Assembly: GCA_050230475.1 (NCBI GenBank)
Contig: JBFLGF010000110.1
Location: 62,001-83,114, forward strand
Length of the DNA: 21,114 nt
DNA from: Ancylonema sp.
Lineage: Eukaryota
Direction: 5' to 3'
Made by a program: the position numbers and the translations under genes. The notes beneath the pieces are model-generated. The model saw only the letters and a list, made by a program, of their open reading frames with translations. It searched no databases and was not told the DNA's origin. Of this stretch, positions 1 through 12,700 are shown piece after piece (the stretch's first letter is position 1; each line of letters starts with the position of its first letter).

Positions 1-347
1 CGAGGAGTTCCTTTTGGATATGTACAGGGATATTGATTCTGTTATTTTTACCATGAGTCATAGTTAGAGATTCTACACCCAAAGTGTAAATTTGTAAACG
101 CATTGATGAATTGACTTTCGATGGTATTGAAGAGTTGTACACCAGGAATTGAAGATCACATTCATGCTACATCATGAATTTGTAGATTTTTCAGTTTGAA
201 CTTTGTATTTATTATATTGTGACGTTTTTTGTTAAAATTTGAGGAGTTCTTCAAAAAATATCACATTTATTTTACGTGATGTATTAAAACAAATCAACTT
301 CAAAATCATTGTATCGTGATTTTATAGTGAATTGGAATATCATTATA

Positions 348-618
348 CCGTACTGGGTACCGTAAATAATTTTTAATTAATTATTGAAACCCGAAATCAA
401 TCATTTATATTAATACCTATGAGGTCGGAATCATTAACCTAAAATCATTGATATTAATACCACTTCTGGATTTGTTTTTATTTCTGTATATAGGTTTCCA
501 GAAGTCATTGCCAAAAATCATCAATAATAACTACCGGATTCCCAGAATCTTTCTTACAAATCATTAACAAATTAATTCGTTTTGAAAAAACAGAAATCGT
601 TTACGGTGCCCAGTACGG
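348..618. mobile_element. Tc1/mariner-type MITE (271 bp) with TA target-site duplication
   Basis: Left end TA|CCGTACTGGGTACCGTAAATAATTT; right end reverse-complements to TA|CCGTACTGGGCACCGTAAACGATTT; AT-rich non-coding interior. Confidence 0.85.
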
Positions 619-2157
619 TAATCGGAATTTTAATTGATCCAAATAGTCGGACTTGGTGAAACTCGTTGACTACTAACGAGTTCTCGAATACAATGTGGTT
701 GGTGGATTTTTGGTTTTTATATACAATCTTATAACGCTCGCGAGACATATTGAAAGGGGCAAAGTAAGAAATACACGATTAACGTCGATGTTAATTATGA
801 AAACATGTTGCAAACAATTATCGGAAATAAAAAAACTGATATTCGATATTAAAAGTTGTGACCAGGCATCGGCTCTCGGCGTGGTTAAAAAGGCTACGTA
901 CGCGTATTGGCATACGATAATCGATGGTTGGCCACAAGTGCCGACCCCTCCACATCATACAAACACACCTTATGGCCGACCCTATAACGAGGATACTACC
1001 CGGTGTACCACCCATATCATGTGGACCACATGATAACCGTGCCCATGCCCAAGGACACCCCCTAATCGCATAATCGCGTTTAGATGGCATGCGAATCTAT
1101 GCCTAAAATGAAGTTCGATGACATTGAGAAGATGTTCATTTGAAAATGCACAATGTCGATTAAGCGAAGATCACATTTATGTTACGGTGGTCAACTCAAG
1201 ATTCAAAAAGATTTTTGAAGTCATTATTTCGTCTCCCTATAGAGTTTTGTGTCGATCGGTTAATTTGAAAATAATTTGGCTCAATTGGCTTCCAAACAAC
1301 ATTGTTTGGTATGAGTTTGGGCGATTGCCCTCATTGTCCTTGTAACTTAGCTTTATGATCGGAGTGTAGTGCAAGGCCGCATCTTTGATTCGATAGGCCC
1401 TTGTTGGATTCAGGTTGGGCTGCGTGCTAAGTAAGAGATATCACCGACGCCGTTCTTGCACGTGCGAATTAATATAAATAGAGTGTGTTAGTTCTTATAA
1501 TCGTGCATCTTGAAAGCTCCTACAATTTGTGAGCAGGCTTCTCATATATGCACATGGTAACATTCTTGACCACTTTACATACACATTCGCAACGTCTGCG
1601 GATGGCCGATGCCTAGAGGAAAGCAACTGTGGTCCGAGTGGCACCGGTATTTTGTTACAAGAAACGCATTATGTATATTGTATTTTGCAATATGAAAAGG
1701 GTGCTTTACCAATGGTTTATGATTGGCCACAAATACAATATGTGTAAGGGACAGCGACAGCAAGTCTAACGTTCCTTCAAATACCTTGATTGCGACTTTA
1801 ATTCAACATCCCACCTTTGCTTTGCTAACTCTCGTAGCCTTGTCTTCTTGTTTTTGTTGGAACTTGTCAAGACATTGTCTTGGTCCAAGTCTGCCTACAA
1901 AACATGCCTTGTAGGAAGTAATTATGCATATATTGTTTACACCATCTCTTCATTGCAAATATTGCTTTTAGCCTTAATGTTTATTTAAATTCCAAGGGCT
2001 TCTGCTCAACATGTATAAACAATATGGTAACAAGGCGCAAGAGGTGTGTCTATTTTCGATATATATGAATAATACCATAGTTCTGCCCCGAACTCCCAAT
2101 CCCTGATCCCCAATTCCCGCTCCCCAATCCCCATTCAATGCAGTCCAATTCAAGTCC

Positions 2158-2367
2158 AATCCGGACCGGGACCGGATCGATTTTTTTTCGATCGGATTTG
2201 GACCGACTACATGAGAAATGATCCATTTGAAGTTGAATGAATATGAAGAAATGGCGCCACATTCCTTTTTTTTTTTTTTTGTCTTTTTTTTGTCGATTTT
2301 AACGGATTGATCCGGGTTCCGATCGGGTTCCGGTCCGGTTCCGGTCCGGTTCCGATCCGGATCGATT
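2158..2367. repeat. Inverted clusters of CCGGA/CCGGT/GATCG motifs around a poly-T; probable transposon subterminal-repeat remnant
   Basis: CCGGACCGGGACCGGATCGA on the left and TTCCGGTCCGGTTCCGGTCCGGTTCCGATCCGG on the right, in opposite orientation. Confidence 0.5.
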
Positions 2368-2379
2368 CTATCATGTATA

Positions 2380-2609
2380 CCGCGGTGGTCACATTTAGTG
2401 ACCCGATATTACTTCCGAAAACAATGGATTCTTGGGGGAAATAATTGGTGAAGTAGTAGTACGTCATTCTATATGTGGGTTACCAAAAAAAACCAAAATT
2501 CGGGAATTTAGAAGTTCTTCTCTTGGTTGCGCGGGTGGATCAACTCGTGAGTCACTAGGTTACATGAATTCACTATATTTTCCTGGGTCGTTATGTGTGA
2601 CCAGTACGG
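2380..2609. mobile_element. Degenerate Tc1/mariner-type MITE, ends related to the 348..618 element
   Basis: Left TA|CCGCGGTGGTCACATTTAGTGACCC vs reverse complement of the right end CCGTACTGGTCACACATAACGACCC; TA on the left only. Confidence 0.6.
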
Positions 2610-3298
2610 AATCCTTATTACATCGGCAACAACTATGAATAAAACATCCACACTTGTGTAATGGAAGATGCACACCGAGTTTGACCAACCAATCTACCTT
2701 AGCAACACATGCTAAGATATATGTGAAATTTACTCACAAATCCCACATTTCAATAAACAATCTTCTTCATCCACTCAAACCAATGGCAAAAGCTGTCCAT
2801 AAATTCCGATAAAAGATGTTGACGGACTTTCAATGTCTTCCTTTGGACATGCATGTACCAAATGTTGCAAATTTACAAGGGTGCACACAAAGAAAAAAAC
2901 AAAAAACTAGAAAGGAGCATTCCTGTCCATGAAGGCAAAAACGTAGAAGAAACCAAAGGTACGCAATGGTTGCATACTCGCTACCAACCAGCCCTACAAA
3001 TACACGAGAATTGCCCGAGGTCTGAGTACACAACGATTAACTGGGTGGCTCATCTATTTTCCTACGATGCTCAAATATTCCTAACGTTGAAAGTGGACCA
3101 GCGCCCATAAATCAATAATTGGGCTCATTGGGCTCATACAGCTCATTGACTCGGTTGCACCTTCGGTCAATATCCCTTTCCCACCCCTCCTGACAAGCAC
3201 ACACTAAGTTTCTTTCTTGACCATTACATCCCCCATCCGAGAATTTAAGAGCAGATCACTCCGTCTGAATGTGATTAATCATGAGGGGCACAAACTTC

Positions 3299-3321
3299 TC
3301 TTCTTCTTCTTCTTCTTCTTC
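3299..3321. repeat. (TCT)n/(AGA)n microsatellite abutting the EHD stop codon
   Basis: Minus strand reads TGA AGA AGA AGA..., about 7 units. Confidence 0.9.
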
Positions 3322-3505
3322 ACCCGTACGGATTCCTGAACTGTTTGAGCAGCTCTGGGATATCGTATCCCAACATGTTGTCCACATCCTGCACCAACTT
3401 CGGTTTCAACTTCTCGAATTTGTCGAAACTGTAGCCTGCCAAGTGCTCCTGAAAGTACTCTACGCGCGGGACGTCGCCAGCTGGCAGGTGGTGCTCACGT
3501 TGAAT
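3320..3505 (-). CDS. EHD1: EHD exon 16, terminal (IQREHHLPAGD...YDIPELLKQFRNPYG*)
   Basis: TCCAG| acceptor; TGA at 3322..3320. Confidence 0.95.
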   Translation of the reverse strand: MQREHHLPAGDVPRVEYFQEHLAGYSFDKFEKLKPKLVQDVDNMLGYDIPELLKQFRNPYG

Positions 3506-6500
3506 CTGGACAGGATACAAAAAATAGAATCAAGCTTAATTATACATATAGAATGGAGATTACATATACATTCTTTACACACTACATAGAGTGGTGAAAT
3601 GGATTACGATCATACAGATCGTTTAGATCATACAAATCATATCATATTATATCATACATATCATACATACCATACTAATCATACCATACAGATCGTATAA
3701 CCGTATCATCATTACCTGTAAAGAAAACATGAAGTGGATGCATTATATGAAAAACAGAACAAACATCAGTCATATAAAATTGGAATACATAATTTATATC
3801 GGAAGATTTTAAGAAGTATACAACAAAGATCAATCCTATCACGTATAAAATGCAGAACACGTACATTTGATAAAATAAAGTCTCCATCAAGATCAAGTAA
3901 ATAGAACATCGAATATAGAATACAAACATGTCATACAAAACACCCTGAGCAACCATACCATGCCTCAATTTCAACCATTATAAGACCCTTGAGAAACCGT
4001 ATAGATTCGGATCACACGCAAGCGGTCTGAAACTAGAACTGGTTCGAAGCAGATCCAGCCAGATCAGATCAGATTGGATCGGATTGGATGGGAACAAATG
4101 GGACTGAATCAAATCGAATGAGATCGGATGGGATCGCAAAAGATCGGATGAGATCGGATGAGATTTGATTGAGAGGTTGGTTCTCGTGTACCTTGTTGAA
4201 CTCCGCCTGCAGGGTGTCGATCATGTTCTGCTGCGCCCTCGCCTTCCCCATCATGGTGGGCATCTGGTTGCGAAGGTGGGAGATGATGAGGGCGTTGATC
4301 TTGGCGGCACGCGCACGCTTCACGAACTCGTTGATCTGAAAATGGAAATACAGCGGAAAGGAGACGGGGAACGGAAACAGAGAGGCGAGAAATTGAATGG
4401 AGGTCACGGAGCCTTGTGAGATTTTTTTTGCTTATTTTCTGTTTTTGGTGTTTCTATGTTGTTCCCATGGATACCTCATTTTGATCTCAGAAGGGGAAGT
4501 TTCAGATGTGGGGGGGATTTCTCTTCAGAAGTTGACCGTTCCTTTCCCACGGACTAAACCCATTCAACAGTCCGAATCCAGAAACAAACCACTAAAATTA
4601 CGGGAAGAAAATAGCAAAGTGAAGATACATACATGAGTACTCTTCCCAACTCCCCCCCCATCCCCCCCCCCCCGCCCACCCTCCTCCTCCCCCCCACCTT
4701 TCTATCACATGACTTCCGCGGGATGTCCTTGAGGTCGGCCAGCAGGTCGTTCTGCTCCATTTCGAACAGCTCCCGAGCCATGGCTCCCACCTCTTCGTGG
4801 ATGGGGTTCGTGTTGAAAGACCTGACGCCACCACCACCCCCGCATGCGCCTTCGTGATTCTTTACGTGCTCAGAGTTTACCTTTGTTTTTTCAGCATGCC
4901 ATACCATTCGATATTTTCATGAATAAAGTCTTTTTTGAAAGCGTTACGATTTTCCGCCATCACTACCGGAGACAGGAAGGAAAATAAGGCCCCTTGGAAA
5001 GTTGGGGTGCGGTTGAGAGCTGGTTGCTCCTATGTCGGTAGCTGCTACACTGATGTTGGGCTCCACTGTCCACCCTCTCTGAAGGCACCCTTTCATTATA
5101 TTTCCCGTGGACATAATACAGTGAAAACCCGGTTTCTTCTTTCTGTATGATTTTGGGATCAATGTATCATTGGCCATCATCGAACATTTGACCATTGACC
5201 CTACATAACAGTTGCCCGGCCATTGTTTCTATATAACACTTCTTCATATTCTTGATATTCTTGATATTTATAATCAATTGATGGATTATTTCTGGAACAA
5301 AATAATTCGATTTACAATACCCCATGGTCATGGTCTATATATCTGGCGGATCTGAATTTCAAAGGATAAGCTTTTACTGAAAGAGCGATAGACTATGATT
5401 TTGGATTCCCATCCTTTTTATTTGGTGCCACTAGGGAGGGTGTGCCTGTAGAGAGGACCATGGTATACAGACAGCAAAATAAACCCCCAGCTCCAATCAT
5501 CCACCCAAACATGTTCAAGGCATTTTCTGAACCCCCCCCAATCGATATCCGAGCCTACTTCGATATTATAAAGAAGTAATGATAATGAGGGAAACATATA
5601 AGAAATACCTGCAGTCAGAGAACAAGACCAGGAACTCTAGACGTATGTTACAAAATAAGCAGGAAATTTCGGTTCGAAGTCAAAATATGGCATGGCTAAG
5701 CTGTGGGGAGAAACAAAAAGAGGGGGGGGGGGGAGTTGCACGAATTAAAGGAAAGCAGGCCTTGTCAGGTGGGCTTTGGGTGCGAGAAAAGTGTGAGTCT
5801 CACTCACCCAATGTATACCCGCATGCACTCGGGTGTGTTGAGCACCTTGCCCAGGGACCACATGAGGGCCCCGTACACGCGCATCAACTGAAGAAAAAGA
5901 CACCCAAAAAAACACCCCCTAGTCCTCTTCACTTCATTGGTGCAAGCTCCTACTTAATTTCCAAAGCAAACTTACGGATCCACATCCGAATTTGGGGGCG
6001 AGTCCGGATTTACATCCGGGTGCAAACCTTTTCTCTTCCCAACACCACCCCCAGTATACCCTACCTAGACTCTGAATCCCTGCTGCGATTACAGCAAATG
6101 GTTCTTCTCATGATGTGTGACTTCCAGAGAAATAATTCCAGCCTCTTCTTCCCTACGTCTTCTTCCGAACTTCTATATTCTAACTTCCCCTCCTACAGTA
6201 GAATCCCTGGTATAGGAAACATAAAATAGCCAGAAAATATGTTCTTTATAACGAATGTACAATCCAAAGATCGCACTTTCAGTGTAGAAACGAAAAAAAA
6301 CCCAAAATGAGGCATGTTGTAACATGCTTCATTCTAAGAAGCGTGTAAGAAACTCCGTCATGGGAAACTCTTTGCTATAGCGAAGAGTTTCCCATAACGG
6401 GGTTTCTTACATCAAGGTTCTACCGTCCCCTCCTCCCACCCCATCCGCCCCCATCCGCCCCCAGCCTCTGCCTACCTGCTGTGGTCCGATCTGGTCCGAC

Positions 6501-6711
6501 TTATTCAACACCACGCGTATTTTGTCGGAGTTGTTCCCCAGAGAGGTGATGACCCGCTTCAACTCGTCGCTGATGTCCAGCTTGTGGGGGTCGAACAGGA
6601 GGAGGATGAGGTCGCACTTGTTGGCAAACCACTGAAGGCACAGAGACCAAGGAGAGGGAGGAGCAGTCAATACAGCACAGTCTACAGGCACGTGGTCTGA
6701 CTAATGTCTTT

Positions 6712-6743
<32 letters not shown>

Positions 6744-9700
6744 TTTATTTATTTATTTATTGCACCATTGATGTTAAACCTGGTCCTCCACCTTGGCCGG
6801 AAAACGGGGGGGAAATGGGCAAAAAAGGGGCGAACTATGGCTCCTTATGGCATGTTCCTCTGAGTATTACTCCCAATTGTTCTTGCACAAAAGTGGTCCT
6901 CAGGGAAATCAGTGGCGAATCGAAGCCGTCATGCCACAGCAGCAATACAAGCATGTACAGCCACAGTACCAATGGACGAGAAAAAGAGTACCAAGTTAAT
7001 GATTGATTTGCCTTACAGTTTCATGTACTGGTGCACACAAGAGATGATGGACGAAAAGACGAAAAGAAGAGTTACCGCACACACCATCCTACTTGCAATT
7101 CCAAAAGCTTCACAGGTTCGTAAGCCTTGACCTCCAACGGGGCATACCAATGAGTCGCAGCTAGATATGATCGCCAGATATCCATCTAAACCCGGGAGAC
7201 TGACATGTCTTTGCGTCACGTTTTCCTACTTTGGTTCAACATACTTAACCACACGTCATAAGCGACCCCCGGTATCACGGCGTACCGTCCAGGAGATTCC
7301 TATGTCACTAATGGGGTGTCTATAACGTGCTTTTGACTGTACAGAATCAGTCAAACCTCTCTTCATGCACACTTCGGGTTGGAAATGATTTGGTGCCTTT
7401 ACCAGGGTGTGACTTTGTAGAGGGGAGAGTGTATTTTTTTCATGTTTCCATCTCCCTGATACTTGTGTACTCCCTACACAGAGGTCTGGCGTTCAAACCT
7501 CGCTATAACGACACTAATATCCTAGAAAAAAAAGTCCTCACGTTGGGGTTTCGTTACACCATTTTATGATATCTAGTGCTTGGGGGTGACAAAACTACGC
7601 AAAAAAAATGTCGTTGTACAAAAAGTGTCGCTGTAAAGAATGCCCTTATATCGAGATTCGACTGTATAGAATGCTCTTATATCGAGATTCGACTGTATAG
7701 AATGCTCTTATATCGAGATTCGACTGTATAGAATGCTCTTGTATCGAGATTCGACTGCATAGAATGCCCTTATATCGAGATTCGACTGTATACAATGCCC
7801 TTATATCGAGATTCGACTGTATAGAATTCCCTTCCATCGGAGATTCGACTGTATTGAAAGAGTGGGAGTGAGCCCGTAGTGCGAACCGACCTCAGTGACG
7901 CCCGTGAAGTCGTAACTCCGTTGCGTCCGCTGCTTTTCCCCGCTCAGCACTCCGGGCGTGTCTACAAAGGAGATGTGTTCGAGTAGGGGGTGTGGCAGCT
8001 GCGCCACCTCGAACTTGGAAAGGAAGGCGGACCCGAATCTCTGCAGGGCGCTGAAGGGCATGTCTGCCTGCACCGCCACTGTGTTGCCGGGGACGCTGCG
8101 CTCGTCGGCTCCATTCTGGGGAGGAGGAAGAGGGGGGGGGGCAGATTGTTATGAGTATGATGTGTATGTTATATCATTCCGACATGATTATGACATGCAT
8201 CTTGTTATCGTTATATATATGTGATATGCATAATATTATCATCATGAATGTGATATGTATATTATTACTAAGATATGTGTTTTACTATAGTGCATAATGA
8301 GCTTCCAATATGTTTAATTCTTGTATTATGATGTACACCTTTTTGAAGTGGGCATAACATTGCGAACAGGATATGTATATTATTATCATTGTGGTATATG
8401 TATTATTATCTTCATGATATGTACATTATTATTATATGATATGCGTATTATTGATATATGCTTCCATGCATGATATATACATTTCTTGTATTGAGATGTA
8501 CAATTTTTTGAAGATTCAAAAAAAGATTGAAGATTCAAGTTTTGAAGAACATATGTTGTGGAGATATGAGGATGAACTTGTTTCTGAAATATGTATGCGA
8601 ACAAACATGCGAGTGAAATGTAACAACACACTTAGGACAAAACAAGGACAGCCGATAGTTTTGACCTTCACAGTCCCACCCTTACTGTACCATCCTTGCG
8701 GCCTTTCCCAAATAGGAGTTACACGTATCACCCTACCTACTACAGTAAAACCTGCTTCAAGCAATACTGTTTGGACCGGAAAAAAACTTACAATAGAAGG
8801 TTATTTATTACTATGTCAGATTTTGGGTGAAAACCCGAAATCGGACGCAATATTTTCAGGTTATTGATGTACACAGTATTAATTAAAACAGGCTTCACTG
8901 TTTCCATTTCCACCCAACGATGATTACCATGACAACCACAAAACGGTCGGTCGTTGGCTCCGGGCCGACGTGTGACCCTGCATACACCCCCCCATCAGTA
9001 CTGAGACCAACAGGAACCACCTGCCAAGCAGACAGCATGTCGTCAAAGCGCCACCAGTCACAGGGTAGCTTTGTTTGTATGTTCATCGGGGTTGCTCCAA
9101 ACTTGCTCCTGCGACGGTGAAACCTGTCTTATTTAATACTGTGCTAATCAATAACCTGTCTTATCTGATAATAAATATTCTGCCCGATTTCGGTTTTGCA
9201 CCCAGAATCTGACGTGTTAATCAATAACCTGTCTTAATTTATACTTTTTCCCGGTACCGACATTATTAATTAAGACAGGTTTTACCGTATTGACAACGAT
9301 AACTGCAGCTGTAGAAATATTTTTTGAACCACTTGTCGTTCGGTGGACGTCCAATGGAAGCCACGCTATATGTCGAATGATACAATACAACACCGATTTA
9401 CAAACCTCTCAAGAGCCGGGACACAAATTCTTTTTATGACGGATATTTCCTACATAGACTATATTCTCGAGGGTAAAAACGCAACGCAAAGCCCACAAAA
9501 TAACTTCTAATATGACATGTTTTCTCATCACATTATAATTAATAATGTTATAATGTTTTTTTTTGGGGCTTTTACTGTACACTAAAAGCTGACTCGAATA
9601 TCCACTCCTCTGGTACAAGAAAGGTGGAGTGACCAAGGGGGGGGTTCCCAGCCTGACCTGGGTATGGGGTTCGAAGAAGGTGGCGGATGAAGGTAGTTTT

Positions 9701-12700
9701 CCCGGTGGAGTACTGCACACCACAGGCAGCAGAGATGGGTGGCAGGGAGAGGGATAGAGGAAGTAATGCGGGCGAATTTCACGCAGTTTTGAACCATTTG
9801 GTGACTCATTTGGTCGAGAAACGAGGGGTAAGTAGGCACACCGGCCGACGGTACTACAAATCTAGCTAGTGAGCAAGGATAGTGAAATAAGGAAGCAGGA
9901 GCCTACTAAGGAAGCGGGACTGGAAGGTTTACAGTCGCAGACATGTACATTTCGGGTCGTTTCTTCCACATCTCTTTCTCGAGCTGAGAAGCCTGGATAG
10001 CCCTACTTTGGTTCACTGTTACGAGTCTTGAAAAGTTTTGACGAAGTCATGCACAGTCCTGAACGTGCCTGGGGAAGTTTCCCGGTACCTGTCCGAGTAG
10101 CATCACCATTGGTTTTGCATCAAAATCGCTGTCGGTCTGCAAAGACGCACACAAACGCACTCTTACTCCATCCATAGATTGACGGCCATGGAAGAATAGA
10201 TGATGGCCGTACATTCCAGTCTGTTTATGTGATGAGAGTCTAGAAGGAAAGTTAAGAAAGAGAGTACCGTGTATGAAGAGCCACGGTTTTCGACCCAACG
10301 AATTTAATATTGATTTTTGACATATCTTCTTGGTAACTTCTCTTCTCATCTGGAGACCATCACATTGTGGGGCGGCCCTCATGTCGACCCCAGAGTACAG
10401 GGTATACAGTAAAACTTGTCTAAAAGAATACTGTCTAAAAGAATAACCTCTCTAAATGAATGGAAAATGTTCCCCTCCAAACGCTGGGGAGTGTAGTTAT
10501 TCCACTTCTCTAAATGAATAACCTGTCTAAAAAAATATTTTTTCTCTCCCCCAAAAGTACAATGGTAGGGATTTTTCAAGTATGAAGTGCCATCCCAACA
10601 TTCCTGGAGCCTGTTTGTACTACATGAGTTCACAACTTGTGCATAAAAAACAAAGCTCCTAAACTGCAGTGGCAGCGCAATACAGTCACACTGAGTACAC
10701 AAAAATCTGGTGCTATAGTTTATGTGATCAGTAAATTGCAGGCTTTCAAACAATGAATCGCACAAAAAAAAAAAAAAAGGAAAAATACCAGCTGATGTGA
10801 GTGACAAATATACACGCTTTTCGGGTTGATTTACATCGTCATTTGACTCTGGTTCCCACAGGTGCTGTGAGGTCTCATCAGCTGATGGCGTCAAATTATC
10901 GTCGATTTTATTGAGTTATTTGGGTTTAAAGTACGCGCCAGCGTGTTCAAAATAATTCATTTCGTACGCGCCAAAAACGTGTGCGCCAGGCAAAATGGTA
11001 ATTATTTTCTGGCGCGTTATCTCTGTCTGGTACGGTAGTCACCCTCCCCAAGCCTATCATCTGCCATCCCCAACTGAGATCCCAACTGCACTCCTTTCTC
11101 TACTCACCGACAGTCAGTCTGGTATCCCCTTACCAACGGTGGCGAAACAAAATCGGAGAACTTGTATGTGAGCTCCAACGGCCGTAGCTTGTCGCGGTAG
11201 AGTGTCTTCAGACCGTCAATCACGGAAGTGACTGTTGTGAGGTCCACCACCTGCTCAGATGTCGCAGCAAAACCCCCCTTTCCCCACCGTTACAAAAAGT
11301 CAAATAATCAAATAGTCCTCCCTCTTTATAAGCACCTCTCTATACAGGCCCCTGCCCCGAATTCCCGAACGGGATATCAGGTTTCCTGTATGTTTTAGAG
11401 GCAGTGACGGCACAACCTCTGCATCCGAACCAAGATGGGGTGCCTGTAGAAGGGGAAAGCAAGAGGCCCTGTGCTGTAGTAGATAGAGTGGGGGTTAACC
11501 AGAAATGGAAGGAGGTGCTTGATGTGCTGCCTCAGCTACTTGTTGTTGATGTGGTTCAAATGCCTTTATCTTGAAATAGAAGCATGTCGGACAATATTTG
11601 GGTGCTGTAGGTTACAGTAGGAATATGTGTTTAACATGCAAAGAGGTTACGTGATCAAGTACGGTGGCAACGAATTAATTACTGCATGAGGGTAAGGAAC
11701 GGAAACCACATCTCTCACATAAAAACTGCAAATTTCCAATCACCAGAAATGACGAGAAAGTATGATACGATATGACACGATATGACACGATATGATACGA
11801 TATGACGATAAAATATGACACGACATAGATATGATACGTCACTGCCGCTCTGGGTAGGCGCTCAAGGATTTTTACAGAACAGGGGGGAAAACGAAATAGA
11901 GTAAAAACAACTGCTATCTTTCAGTATGGTTAGGGCATTTTCTCGCTCTTCCCCTAGTGAAAGACTTCAACTGACCTTCTCTGATTTGGATTTGAACCAC
12001 GAAGACTCCCTCACGAGTGTTGGGGGCGTGATGACAGTTGCAGCAGCTGACCCACTCAGGCCCCAACACCACCACCAACCTTTTTTTTTTTCAGAAAAAC
12101 CAACATGCGGTCCACATGCACTTGCATCTACTTCACCACTTCAACCTGAGCACGAGCTTTACGTTGTTGAGATTGGAGAACAGAATAACCAAAAGGGCGA
12201 GACAGCCTGGAACTTGGAGTGACTTGTCAGGCTGGTTGCACTATGTACACTAAAACCTGTCTTAATTAATACTGTCGGGACCAGAAAAAAATAGCAATTA
12301 GGACAGGTTATTAATTAACACGTCAGATTCTGAGTGATAACCCGGAATTGGGCGGAAATAAATCTATCAGTTAAAACAGGTTATCAATTAGCACAGTATT
12401 AGTTAGGACAGGTTACACTGTAATTGACTGGACTTCTCTCGTTCCTATTCTGGAGACAGTCGGAACAGGAAGAGCATCTCTAACTCTTCCACGGTTGATA
12501 ATCAGACTTCTGATATTTTGGAAGGCAGTCCTGCAGGTGTACAAGTTCCTACCCACAGGTGCTTCGTAGCCAGCCTTTGTGTTCCCTGCCCGCTGCGCCA
12601 CCTGTTACCAACCACCAGACACAGTAAAACATCCGTATAAATACGTTAGAAAAAACTGATAATAAACCTTCTCTTCTTTTCTTTTGGGCATTCATACACT

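Noticed and set aside
2092..2136. CCCCAAT repeats resembling cyanobacterial STRR elements
   Set aside because: Short and irregular, with no bacterial genes nearby; simple low-complexity DNA.
620..3280. Short ORFs between the window start and the EHD stop
   Set aside because: No recognisable motifs or consistent splice structure; treated as intergenic or 3'UTR with transposon debris.
5579..6229. Longest ORF in the track (216 aa, plus strand)
   Set aside because: Antisense to EHD exon 13 and its introns, crosses homopolymer runs, no recognisable domain.
7631..7853. CRISPR-like array of ~30-bp repeats
   Set aside because: Units are contiguous with no unique spacers, there are no cas genes, and it lies in a eukaryotic intron; it is a TIR-derived minisatellite.
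10920..11037. GTACGCGCCA repeats ending in ...GGTACGG|TA as a complete MITE
   Set aside because: Looks like a right end of the CCGTAC type, but no left TIR was found, so boundaries cannot be supported.
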